Both the position numbers and the translations under genes were made by a program. This document shows, one piece after another, positions 13,271 to 25,010 of a stretch of DNA of 64,000 bases (position 1 is the first letter of the stretch; each line of letters starts with the position of its first letter). The DNA lies in NCBI RefSeq assembly GCF_009914755.1, contig NC_060926.1. One strand, 5' to 3'. Under the pieces are notes generated by a model. The model ran no database searches, was not told the origin of the DNA, and saw only the letters and a list, made by a program, of their open reading frames with translations. The stretch is from the human T2T-CHM13v2.0 reference genome, Homo sapiens.

Positions 13271-14029
13271 AGTAGTTTTCTAGTGCAATAAAAGGACAGG
13301 CACAAATTTACCTTTGAGGCAAATATTTTTCTTTTTTTTTCCTAGGAAAAGCACCAAATTGGATGGATTAGCTGTGCAGATAAAAGCAGCTAGTAATTGT
13401 TGGACTTGAATTTAAATGTTTTAAACTGGAACTTGGTGTTCAGTTTGGTCATATAAACTGAGTGTATGTTGGGCAAAAATTTGTCTCTGGAATTTGTTTT
13501 CTTTTTAATGGAGAGATATTTCTGTGTATGAACGGTTGGACTTGATGGCCTTATTCCCATTCATTATTTCTTGTCCATATATGAAGGTGTGTGGGGAGGG
13601 GTGTTGGGGGGTGAGAGAGACAGAGACAAGGAAAAAGTAAGAAAAGACAGAGACAGATAGGCACAGAAAGAGCTCTTGTTCCATAAATTTATCCAAGAAT
13701 GTCAAGAGCTAACCTTCACTTTAAGCTAGAAGTAAAAAATGAATGGCTTAGGCCTGGCCAAGTACAGTTCAAATTAGAAAATGGAAACCTCATGCATGGA
13801 GTCATTTGAAAATGAATAATACTTAATGCTGTATTTTCTCTATTATTCCACTGTGAGTCTCCTTAAGATGGGAATGGGGCATACACTGTCAACTGTCCTA
13901 GGTTAGAGCAGGACCTAAGAAGGGAAATAGGTGCTAAAGAACAGCCTACAAGCTCAAGAAACAAGAATGTCTCTCTTCTAGAACTCCCACTGTTTGCACT
14001 TAAATTCTGAGAAAGAATGGCATGGTCTA

Positions 14030-14182
14030 GGCCTTGCTACTCCAAATTTGGGCTTCAGCATCACCTAGGAACTTGTTAGAATGCAAAATCTTAGGCCCCA
14101 CTTCCAACCAATTGAATCACAATGTGCATTTTAACAAGATCCCCAGGTCATTTAAATGCACATTAAAGTCTGAGACATACTG
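14030..14182. mobile_element. MER5A-like fragment
   Basis: cagcatcacctaggaacttgttagaatgcaaa...tgcattttaacaagatccccaggt. Confidence 0.65.
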
Positions 14183-14274
14183 TTCTAGAGTACTAACACT
14201 TCGGCAAGATAAACTGGCCCTTGACTCAAGGCATCCACCTACAGACTAGGCAGGGAAGCATTTTGGAGGATAAG

Positions 14275-14660
14275 TGATACGGTTTGGCCCTCTGTCCCCA
14301 CCCAAATCTCATGTCGAATTGTAATTCTCAGTGTTGGAGGAGGGGCCTGGTGGGAAGTGATGGAATGATGGGGGCAGACTTCCCCCTTGCTCTCTTAGTG
14401 ATGGGAGTTCTCATGAGACCTAGTTGTTTGAAAGTGTGTAGCACCTCCTGCTCATCTCTCCCCCTTCCTCTTACTTCTGCCATGTAGACACACTTGCTTC
14501 CCCTTCACCTTCCACTATGATTGTAAGTTTCCTGAGGCCTCCCAAGCAATGGCTCCTGTGCATCCTATGAAACTGTGAGTCACCCAATTAAACTTATTTT
14601 CTTTATAAATTAGCCAGTCTCCGGTAGTTCTTTATAGCAATGTAAGAATGAACTTATACA
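14275..14660 (+). mobile_element. MSTA MaLR solo LTR
   Basis: tgatacggtttggc...cccacccaaatctcatg...tgattgtaagtttcctgaggcctccc...ttctttatagcaatg. Confidence 0.8.
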
Positions 14661-15926
14661 ATGGGCTATAGTCTGGGTTTATAGGATACAAGAATGTCCA
14701 CATCTTATCATTGGAATTAATTTTCTGCTGTTTACTTTCTTCATCTATCAATACAATCTTTGGGACACATAGCCTTGTCCCAGAAATTACTTGTGGCTTT
14801 TAATAAAAGATCTCTGCCCATGACTGTCATGAAGCCACACAATAGAAAACAGTAGCAATGACACAAGAAAGGAACATTATAAAAACTTGGGTTCCAAAAA
14901 AGTCAACTGGTATGAAAGCCTGACTCTTGGCAAACTGGACAATGTTACTCAATTTGGTAGTTATACATTGGTGAAACTGTCACCTTCTAGGAACAGAGAC
15001 AAGGAGCCTCTAGCTTAGCAACCTTTGAATTCAGCATCAGGCTCTATTCCTGCAAATGGCACCCTTGGTCTGTTTTGTTTTTGCCTAGCTTTGGTCAGAT
15101 TTCTCCAAGTCTTTGTTGCCAAATCTACTGGGAGCCTCTGGCTTCCACTCCATCTCTTACCAGAATTTACCAGGGCACATTTGTTCCTGGGTAAGCACTG
15201 AATTGTTTTGGTCCTAGAGCCTTTCTCTGGCCCACTGTTCTACTCCATTCCTACAAGGGAACTTAGAGCAGAATCTGCATCTACCTTTCCTTTGTATTTC
15301 CCACAATGCCTATTAGCAGGACAGTACCAGGCAGGGTGGTAGAGGGTGATGGGGCATGTGCAGGAAAGGCTGGGGATGACATAATGTGCTGAGTTGCTAA
15401 TTATAAGCAAAAGTCACTCAGAGAAGGCATAAGACTTCACTAAAGTACATAATAGCTTACCATTAAAACAACAAGAAGTAACAAAGCATATGCTTATGAC
15501 TTACAAAAACTGCTAATTAAACAAAATATACACATGCCAGCAGCCTACTAAATGTGGTATGCCACCATTTGGATTCTTGGCACCTATAACACCCTTCCAC
15601 CCCCATCAGACAACATAATCTGAGCTCTGAAGACCGTATATTCCATCTGTTTCTTCCATCCCAGCAGTACCAGCTTTTCCTTGAGTAAAACCCAAAAATG
15701 CTCACCAAAAAGAGAAGTGGAAGATCTTTTCAGGAGATCCCAGCCACTCTCTGGATCTCAGTATGAAGTGAGAACAGCTGGTAGAAGACTCTTGCCAGCT
15801 TCAAGCTGACAACTCCCCACACCATTGGGTGCCAAATAAGCTGTCCTCTGATAGAGAAAAAGCAGTAACTGGATGCATTTCAAAATCGACACAGCCTATT
15901 TATTCTCCCCCAGATAGAAAAGCATC

Positions 15927-16342
15927 TGATAAAAGTTTGGATGTACCCTCCAAACCTCATGTTGAGATGCCATCCCGTGTTGAAGGTCGGGCCTGGTGAG
16001 ATGTGTTTGGGCATGGAGAAGGATCCCTCATGGCTTAGTGCTGTCCTCACCATAGTGAGTGAGTTCTCCTGAGATCTGGTTGTTTAAATGTGTGGCATCT
16101 TGCCCCATGCCCCCCGCACCCAGCCACTTTCTCTGTCTTACTCCTGCTCCCACGGTGTGAGGTGCCTGCTCCTCTTTCACCTTCTGCCATGACCGGAAGC
16201 TTCCTGAGGCCTCCACAGAAGCAGATGCGGGCATTATGCTTCCTGTACAGCCTGTAGAACAGTGAGCCAATTAAATGTCTTTTCTTATAAAGTACCCGGC
16301 CTCAGGTATTTATCTATAGCAGTGCAAGAATGGCCTAACAGA
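15927..16342 (+). mobile_element. MSTB MaLR solo LTR, TSD GCATC
   Basis: ggatccctcatggcttagtgctgtcctc...ggaagcttcctgaggcctc...; 5-bp TSD on both sides. Confidence 0.8.
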
Positions 16343-17397
16343 GCATCCATGTCCAAATGCCAAGTTCCTAAGGTATTCGGAAACCTATAGATTCTCTTAG
16401 GTAGAAAACTGGTTCCCCTGTTAAACAAAAACCATCAGTGCTTTGTTCTCTCATATCTTTATAATGTTTCCACTGTTTTCATGACATTCTTCTCTTCTCT
16501 TTGCTCTGCTCATCCCACTATCAAAACCTTCATTTGAAACTTTTTCTCATGAAATAGAAATAAAAACGTCTTGTCTCTGGCAAAAGGACTCCAGGCCTGG
16601 AAGGAATTGGGGAGTAGGTCAGGATCAGGGAAAGCTTCCTAAAGAAAATTCCAGTAAATCCAGAGGTTTCAGAGCACTTAGATCCAAAAGGAGTGTTATT
16701 ACCCATCTTTTAGGAAAACAGCAATACCCAAAGCTAAACCCTTACTCTGGGTACTGAGTGAAGTGACCTTCCAGCAGATTCCTCTCTCCAGATGCCCTTT
16801 CAGGAGCTAGTTTTGATTAACTGTCAAGGGAGAAAATCTGTAATCTTGAAACCCTCCCTTCCAGAAGGTCTCACAATTCCACATGAACATTAGCCTAGCT
16901 CCTCCCCGAAGTTCTGCCTTTCAGGCTTAGAGTGTGTTAAATCACAGAAATGTGTGACTACACTTCTTCAATTAACATTCCTAAAGGGAGTCACTGAAGC
17001 AATTATTCACAAAAAGGTGTCTGAAAGCCTTCAACTATAGACAAAGAACAACTGGCATAATTTCTAAGTTCTGCCTCAACAGTCATTCTATTACAAGTGA
17101 CGTGTTCATCTTCGTACTAGATTGTATCACAGAATGCTTAGGCTTTGGATACATAAGACCCATAATTTATAAAAGGGAATTTATTTGGTTATTACTTCAG
17201 AATGAACAATGTCCTTACCCAAATAATAATAACTAACATTTATTAAATATTGACCAAGTGCCAGGTATTTTATAAAGGCTCTACGTATATTAACTTATTT
17301 AATCATCAAACCAACTCTATGAAGCAAATACCATTACTATCCTGATTTTACACACAACACAATTAAATAACTTAGCCAAGGTTATCAATATAGTGAT

Positions 17398-17810
17398 TGA
17401 TGTATTTGGGATATTTGTTCCTTCCAAATCTCATGTCAAAATTTAATCCCCAATGTTGGAGGTTGGGCCTAGTGAGGGGTTTTGGGGGTAAAGGGGCAGA
17501 ATTCTCATGAGCTTCTTGGTGCTATTCTTGCAGGATTGAGTGAGTTATTACTCTTAGTTTCTGTGAGATCTGGCTGTTAAAAAGAGTCTGGCATCTTCCT
17601 CTCTCCCCTCCTTTCTCTCTTGCCATGTCATGCCTACTCCCTTCCACCTTCCTCCATGAGTGGAAGTTCTCTGAAGCCCTCACCAGAAGCAGGTGTTGGT
17701 GCCATGCTTGTTGTAGAGCCTACAGGTCTGTGAGCCAAATAACCATCTTTTTGTTATAAATTACCCAGCCTCAGGTATTCCTTTACAGAAACACAAAACA
17801 GACAAAGACG
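17398..17810 (+). mobile_element. MSTB1-like solo LTR inserted in a MIR (~17220-17390)
   Basis: tttgttccttccaaatctcatg...gaagccctcaccagaagcag...aattacccagcctcaggtattcc. Confidence 0.7.
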
Positions 17811-17879
17811 GTGGTCTTGGGTCTGACTCCAGATTACAGCATGAATAAGAAAGAACCCCAAGTCACCTTCAGGTTTTTT

Positions 17880-18880
17880 TTTCATACATTGAGCATTTTT
17901 TAATAAACAAGTAAATTATATAGAAGATAGGAAGGGTTAAGGATATAAAGAAAATGCAGAGAAACAATAGAACTGGAGAGCATGAGGAGGAGATAAGTGT
18001 TATCAAAATTACAACTATACAGGTTGGGGTTGGCTCATTAAAATATTTAGCTGAGGAAGTTAATCATGCAGACATATGTAGAAGTATGTTCCAGGAGGAA
18101 GGGACAGCCATGCAAAGACTTAATTGAGAGAATGCCTGGTGATTTCTGCAACACAGTCAGGGGTGGAAGAGTTAAAAGAGCAGAAATAGGACCGAATCAT
18201 GCTGCATTTGCAGGCTTTCACTGAGTGAAGTGAGGAGCCAGTATATGATTTTGAGCAGAGGTCTGAGTACATTATCTCACTCATGTTTTAAAAGGCTCCT
18301 GCTGGCTAGTTAGTAAACAGGACACACAGACAATGAGGTAGAAGCAGGGGACCAGTTAGGAATTACTTGCAGTAAATCAAGCAAGAAGAAGATGGGGCTT
18401 GAACACAGCCCTGGAGAAGTTGGGAAGTGGCCCAGGAGAGATCTGTTTTGAAGGAAGCATCAACAGGAATTCTTGAATATGTAGTGGAACAGAGCATAAG
18501 AGAGGAATGAGCAATGGCTTCAAGGTTTTGGCTGAAGCTACCGAAAGAATGGATCAGTGAGATGGGAGAGGCTGATATTGGAGCAATGTTTTTTATGGGG
18601 TAGGAGAAAGGCGGAAATCAGGTGTTGAGTTTTGAACTTGAGTTTGATGTATCTATTAAAACATTCACATTAAGACTCCCAGAAGGATGATTTGGAGGTT
18701 AGGGTGCAGTGAGAGAATAAAGAAGAAAAGGGAAGGGAAGAAGAGGTTCAGCAATTAAGAATTGCAATGTCTGACATCGAGGCTAAAAAAAAGAGCAAGG
18801 AGTAGCCCCAAAGGAGAACAAAAGGGTGGCCAATGAGGTAAAAATGGTATCAAGAGATTGCGGTGTCCTAGAAACCAAAA
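17880..18880. mobile_element. L2 fragment
   Basis: gattttgagcagagg, agaagcaggggaccagttagg, ggaaatcaggtgttgagttttgaac; purine-rich L2-like sequence. Confidence 0.55.
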
Positions 18881-19013
18881 GGGCATCTAGAACACATTAG
18901 GAGGCCAACAAAAAATACTTAATGTAAAAGCATTAAGCTCTCTGAGTCTTAGATTCCTCACCTGTAAAGGGAGGGTATACATACTTACTTCAGGATTACA
19001 TGAGATGAAGCGT

Positions 19014-19490
19014 ATGTAGGATGAAAAGTGGTCCCCAAGCTATCATGTTCCAATTCCTACAACCTGTAATTGTGACCGTATTTGGAGAAAAAGAAAGTCT
19101 TTGCAGATGTGATTAAGGATTTGAGGACAGTGAGATAATCCTGGATTATCCTGGTGGGTTCTAAATGCAATCACAGCTGCTCTTATAAGGGAGAGATTAG
19201 GCTCATACACACAGAGGAGAAGGCAATGTGAAGGTAAAGAATAAAGAGATTTGAAGATGGTGGCTGTGAAGATTGGGGTGACGCAGCAACAAGCTGAAGA
19301 AGGCCAGAAACCACCAGCTGCTGGAAGATGCCCCACTAGAGCATCTAGAGGAAATGTGACCCTGCCAACCTCTGAACTTTGTCCCCACAATACTAATATC
19401 AGTCTTCTCTCTTCCAGAACTGTGGAAGGATACATTTCTGTTGTTTTATGCCACCAAGTTTGTTACAGCTGCAAGAGCACACTAATACAA
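19014..19490 (+). mobile_element. MLT1C-like solo LTR
   Basis: gtctttgcagatgtgattaaggatttgag...ataatcctggattatcc...ccaccagctgctggaag...actaataca. Confidence 0.75.
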
Positions 19491-19739
19491 TATGTAACAA
19501 GCTGAACAGAATCTTGAAAGACCTTCAGTGTGCACCACCATTATCCATTCCTCCACAAAGATGGTTTCACACATGGGAAGAGACTACTAAGGAAGGATCA
19601 CTGATATCAATCTGAAAGGTGGCAAAACATCTTTGAAAAGTGTCTGTGAGAGAATGGCTCTCATGCTGGGGGCCGGATTTGTAGAAGGATCTTTAGACAG
19701 CCCTCAACATCAATAGCATTCTACAGTTTAAACCACACT

Positions 19740-20989
19740 CAGCTGGGGTTGTTTATACAAAATGAAACTGGCAGAATCTTCATAAGGTGAGTCATCCTTT
19801 TTATAGTCTTGCCTATGCTTGCTGTTCTTACCTTTATTCTGTTTTATACCATGGGGCACCATATTGTTTTCAGAATGATTAGTATATTTCACTTACTTCT
19901 GTAATTTTTGGCACTAGATTCTCTTCTTTTTAACTCCTCTTTGTACAATACACATATTTGATCCATGCATGCTTAACCTTGTAAACCTTGTTTCTTCTCA
20001 TCTAGAGGCCATCAAACTCCAAAGAGTCAGGCAACTGGAGCCTCAGATGATGGCTCCCATTTGCCAGGGACCCTTAGATAGACCTCTGGGAAGAGTCTGA
20101 CTGCCATTCTCCCTCCAAAAAATGCCCCCTGTCAGAAGAAATTAGCTAAGACTGGTCATCATCTGTATTCTTACATCAGTTAGATGTGTGTCTTCAAAGA
20201 TGGGAAATGATAGGGACAGGAAGCAGGGAAATTCTGGGCAGAAGAGGGCAGATCCCTGGTGAGGGCCCCACCCTCAAGCCTGGAACCATGGCCCAAAGTG
20301 AGAACTTGAATTCCTGTTTTCCTGCTCGAATGTTGCATTTTCCAAAACCACCCATGGCCCACCCCCCACATCCTGTGCCCATAAAAACTCCAGGCTCAGG
20401 TGGCAGAGAGAGGGGAAGCAGCTGGATATCAGAGACTAGAGTTGGATGTCAGAGAGAAGCAGCTTGACTTCAGAGGGGCAGCTTGATGGCATAGCTTCAA
20501 AGAGGGGTCTGGCTGGGGACAGCCAGTCTTCAGGGGACAATTACCTTCCCACTCTGTCCCCCTTTCAGCTCCCTCTCTGGCTGAGATCCACTTTCGTCAG
20601 CAATAAAATCCCCTGTATTTACCATCTTCAATTCATTCATGTGACCTGATTTTTCCTGGGTTGCAGATAAGAGCTCAGAGCCACAAGTGTGAATGCAAAA
20701 GTCTGTCACAATGACCCTCCATTGACATAAGCCATCCAGGGATGGCAAAGCTAAAAGAACACTGACCATAACACTCCCTCTGGGGCTTCAGGGGTCACAG
20801 GCACCCCCCTAGATGCTGCTCTGGGGCTGGTACGGAGTTCATTCCTGCTGGTGCCCAGTAGCACTTGCCCTGGCTCCTGCACCTGCTCAACTGCATGCTC
20901 CCCCAACTGCAAGGGGTTGAGAGCTGTGGGCTAAGTGAGGCACCCCTGTTGTGAGGCTTGTGAAGGGGTCAGGGAAATATCCTGCTTCA
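19740..20989 (+). mobile_element. MER50 LTR (20208-20989) with the preceding 3' internal remnant
   Basis: gaggccatcaaactccaa env-tail remnant, polypurine tract, tgatagggacaggaagcagggaaattctggg...ggccccaccctcaagcctg...cctgcttca. Confidence 0.75.
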
Positions 20990-22240
20990 CTAGCACAATA
21001 TGGAAAAGAGAGAGATTTAAAACAAATAACAACTGACAAAATTCTCTCATAAAAAATATTTATTGCCCCAATAGCTGTATACCCATTAAGATAGTTACCT
21101 TTATTGCTTACATATGTAGCAGGCCAAATTTCACATGTATGGTAATAAAATTAAGGGCATTTATTGGCAGTCACTTTGGTTGCAAAGTCATGCCTTTTTC
21201 AGGGAAGTCATATTTCCTGTCCCTTAAAAATGTATCTCCTTGTCTTCAGCAGCCACAAGGTCCTATTCTCTGACCTAGTTTTGCAAAGTTCTAGGAAGCT
21301 CATTTCAGGTCTTTCCCATCATATTTTCTCTGAGAGTATTCTGATAGATGAAAGGGTGAATATGTCCTACACACCTAGTGTTAATGCCTCCCCAAGTGGG
21401 GCAATTCCTTTGTAAGCCTCCAATAACATTTAGGAAGTTTCAAATATATAGATGATATTTTATGTTACTGGCCATCTTCCAGAAGCTATTTGCTGCTTTC
21501 TAACCTTATAATCTAGATTTTAAACTTGCTGTGGAGAGATACTCACCCTCTTGTTTAAATTCTTGGCAGGCAATGTGAATAACAGCCTTTCTGCTAACTT
21601 CAGACTGGAAAGAAAAGGAGCTGAGAAATTACCAGATGCACCAAGGATCTTCCACGGCCTGATGCGTTCTGTAGATGTAAGAAAACCTCCTTATAACTTA
21701 GCCTCTTCTGCTTCACAGGAAAGCTCTAGTTTATTTTAAACAAACTTACATCGTATGGTCTCTATGCCAGGCACTATTCTAAATGCTTGACAAACAGGAA
21801 CCCACTTAATTCCCATGAAATCCTAAAAACAGAGGTGCCATTTGCCACCATATTTAACAGATGAAGAAACTGAGGGTCAGAGAAGGCCTAAGTAATTTAC
21901 CTAGGATCAAGCGGCTACTATGTATTGAAGTGAAAATCAAACACAAGCACAAGTTTTGCTCTAGGGTCATTTAGTTATCACAACTGTCTTTCTGAGATCT
22001 CTCTAGTTTTCTTCACATTCAATCCATTCAGCTCTCTGAAGCCTTACTGGATTCGGTAAAAACATACCGATGAATCATAGCCATAGCTGCGAGCCCCACA
22101 GGAAGATCTTAAAAAGCAAATAAATATGAGGCACTACGCACCCAATCCTTAGCACACAATTAAATTTGACTTTTATATTTACCGGTACCACAATCGTTTT
22201 TGTGTGTGTTTGGAGGCATTGAGAATTTTTTTTTTTAAAT
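20990..22240 (+). repeat. Triplicated low-copy module, copy 1 (includes a MIR at ~21750-21950)
   Basis: Colinear with 41109-42350 and 53590-55160 (tttattgc..c.a.tagctg, aagctcatttcaggtctttcccatc, gtgaataacagcct.tctgc.aactt.agactggaaa). Confidence 0.9.
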
Positions 22241-22589
22241 CTTAGCACAGATATGACCAACCTCCAACAAAATTCACAAACAAATGGGATCAGATAACAC
22301 TTGAAGTTTTAATGGAAACTTGAAAGGCAGGAAGCAAGTCAGGACTCTTCCTCTCTTTTTGATATCTCAGGACTTGTCCATGAAAATAAAGGACATAAAA
22401 ATGTTCAGAAAGGACTAAACTCTTAGAATAAGCCATCCAAGATCTCTCCCTCTAAGTCTTGCACCCTTGAGCAGTCAAAAACACATAGTGTATCGAGACC
22501 CCATTATTTGCTTTTTAATTTGAGTATGGAGTCTAAGAAAAGTTGTGAATTCCTCAAATCCAAAAAGAGAAGCTATTTTCCTGTGAATC

Positions 22590-22870
22590 CCTCTTTATAA
22601 AGGAAGTCTTAAATTGCAATTCTAAGCAGAGGGCAATGAGAGAAGTTCACAGGCCCTATAGAGGGCACTGATGCAAGGAAAGCCCAGCATCAGGAGAAGC
22701 CTCTTCCAGGCACATCCTGGGAGTGGTCACACAAGAGGTCCCTTCCACAAACAACTTGGCAAACTGTGAGAGTCAAGGGCAGGCTTTGCCCTTCCCCAGC
22801 AGCAACGAGATGCCCAGTTCCCATGGCCCTGAGCAGCCCAGGAAGAAGCAGAGATCTTCCAGGAATGGTG
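22590..22870 (-). promoter_or_regulatory. Orphan paralogue of the REG1B proximal promoter with no REG coding exons downstream
   Basis: Colinear similarity to 38335-38610 (agagggcactga, gcatcagga, ttcc[a/t]ggcaca, ggagtggtcaca, ttggcaaactgt, gctttgcccttcc, ccagttcccatggcc) with TATAAA at 22599-22594. Confidence 0.8.
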
Positions 22871-24683
22871 ATAATGGGTATGAGGGAAGGACCCTGGGAG
22901 GAGGGGCACTGAGTGTGTGAGCCTGGAGCAGGACCATCTGTGAGACAAGAGAGGCAGCAGGATAAGATGTGGAGCACCCTGCTTGGGGCAGTGGAGAAAT
23001 GGAGAGACACAAGTTCAGGGCGTCTTAACATTATTCATCATGGAGGCCTCCTCTCCTGACCAGGCATGCACTGAAAGGAGCCTGTGGAAATAGAAACTCC
23101 AATGGAAGAAGCTAAAGGTTCTGGGGACTGCACCTTACACCTCACTGCCCCAAATTAATAAATCAACTCTAATGCCTCTTTAGAACTGTTGCCAGATGCA
23201 GTGAGGAGAAAGGGAAGGAGAGTAGTGATAATGACAATTCATGCAGCTTAACAAATTCTGAAAACTATTGTCTTTCTGCTAAACACATGATAGTGATGAT
23301 TAAAGCTTAAACTATAATTCTGGCACGAAGTGTTCAAATACACCGTTTTCTAGTCCAGAGTCCATGTTATTTCACTTGAACAAACACTTGCACTATGATT
23401 TTCATGTTTTGAAAAATATAAGTGTTTTAAATATGTTGAATCCTTTTCAGTCTCCCTACACAGAAGATAGATATCATTGAAAAGAAAAAAAAAATGCTCA
23501 TGCACACAAAGTTAAAGTGACTTGCCCCAGGATGGCACAATAATTACAACAAGTGGCACAGATAGCATTTGGTTCCAATGATACACCAGGATCTGTGCTC
23601 TTCACCTCTCTGCCCTATCACTCACCCTGCAAAAGCTGCAAAATTCTGAAACAACTGGAAAGAATGGCAAGTTATACATGGATGAAATCACATGTGGTTC
23701 ATTTCTCCCTCTTAGAAAAGGACAGGGGTTCAGAGAATTTAAGCGTCTGAACCACTATCCAATGGTTGTGGGAAAAAACACTAAAACACCAATCCACTTC
23801 CCAGCCTGATGTTCTTCTACCACTTAGCTCCTCCTTTCTCTGCAGATGCCAGCAGCTGTTTTCCTTTGTGGTTATTTTGGAAAAGCTTCCCATCCACAAC
23901 CTTGTCTCCATTGGAAAGCTCAAGTAATTGTCATATCATCCTCTGAGTGTCTTCAGTCTCTCAAGTTTCCGAACCACCATCACACTTCCTCCATGTAAAC
24001 ACTTCACAGACAAACAAAGTCAAACTCAGTTTTGTGAATACATTGTCTCTACTATTCAGTTGCTGGACCAGTTAACTAATCAACTGAGGTTGCTAATGAG
24101 GTTTGATCTCTTTCTCTGAGACTCCCAGGGAGAAATCACTCTGGCAAGGACTATTGCCAGCTGGCCACCATAGCTCTATGGGCGGTAGGGCCAAATTTGG
24201 TTTGAAGAAAGATCCAACAACTCTGAGCCTTAAGATCTGAGTGAATTACCTTTTATAAGGGTAGTGGATCCTTGAATCTAAAACATGAAAAGCTAAATCA
24301 CGAGCCATGTTTAGAGCCACCACGTATGAAACAACATGGGCATTTCCAAACACACATTGACACTAGCTAGAGCAGCAGCAGAAATATAAACTGCCCTAAG
24401 ATCTGAAACTTAGGAAAAGAGATGGAGTTTGCAGGCCAAGACTGGATTCTCCCTCACACGAAAAGATCTTCTCCTCAGAAGAACAACAGCATGCCTCCAA
24501 GGCATAGTATATTCACAAATCTAAAATGAAAGCCTAATGTCTGTCTGTGTATGTTTTAAGGTTAAAGAGTAAAGAAGGTAATCAGATGACCATTTAACTT
24601 CTCAATTATAGTAATTGAGCAGATGAGTATTAACTAGGGCCCAGATAAATCAAGATGATAGGTGAATCAGGATAAGCAAATCA

Positions 24684-25010
24684 GGATGTTTGTCCCCCAC
24701 AAAACTTATGTTGGAATTTAATTTTCATTGTAACTATATTAAGAGGTGGAATCTTTATGAAGTGATTGAGTCATGAGGGCTTGGACCTCATGAGTAAGAT
24801 GAATGCCATTATAAAAGAGGGAGTTTGGCCCCCTCTGCCTCTTTGCCTTTTTGCCTTTGGTCAGGCGGTGATGTAGCAGTAAGGTCCTCACCAGGTGCAG
24901 TAACTATATCTTAGATTTCTAGTCTCCAAAACTGTGAGAAAATTAATTTCTGTTTATTATCAATTACTCAGTCTCAGGTATTCTGTTGTAACAGCACAAA
25001 TGGACTAAGA
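24684..25010 (+). mobile_element. MLT1A-like solo LTR
   Basis: gtttgtccccc...tattaagaggtgga...gtcatgagggc...caattactcagtctcaggtattctgtt...atggactaaga. Confidence 0.7.

Noticed and set aside
22690-23031. Overlapping GC-rich ORFs at 22.7-23.0 kb as a REG pseudogene CDS
   Set aside because: No signal peptide, WIGL motif or CTLD cysteine pattern. The DNA matches the REG promoter, not exons.
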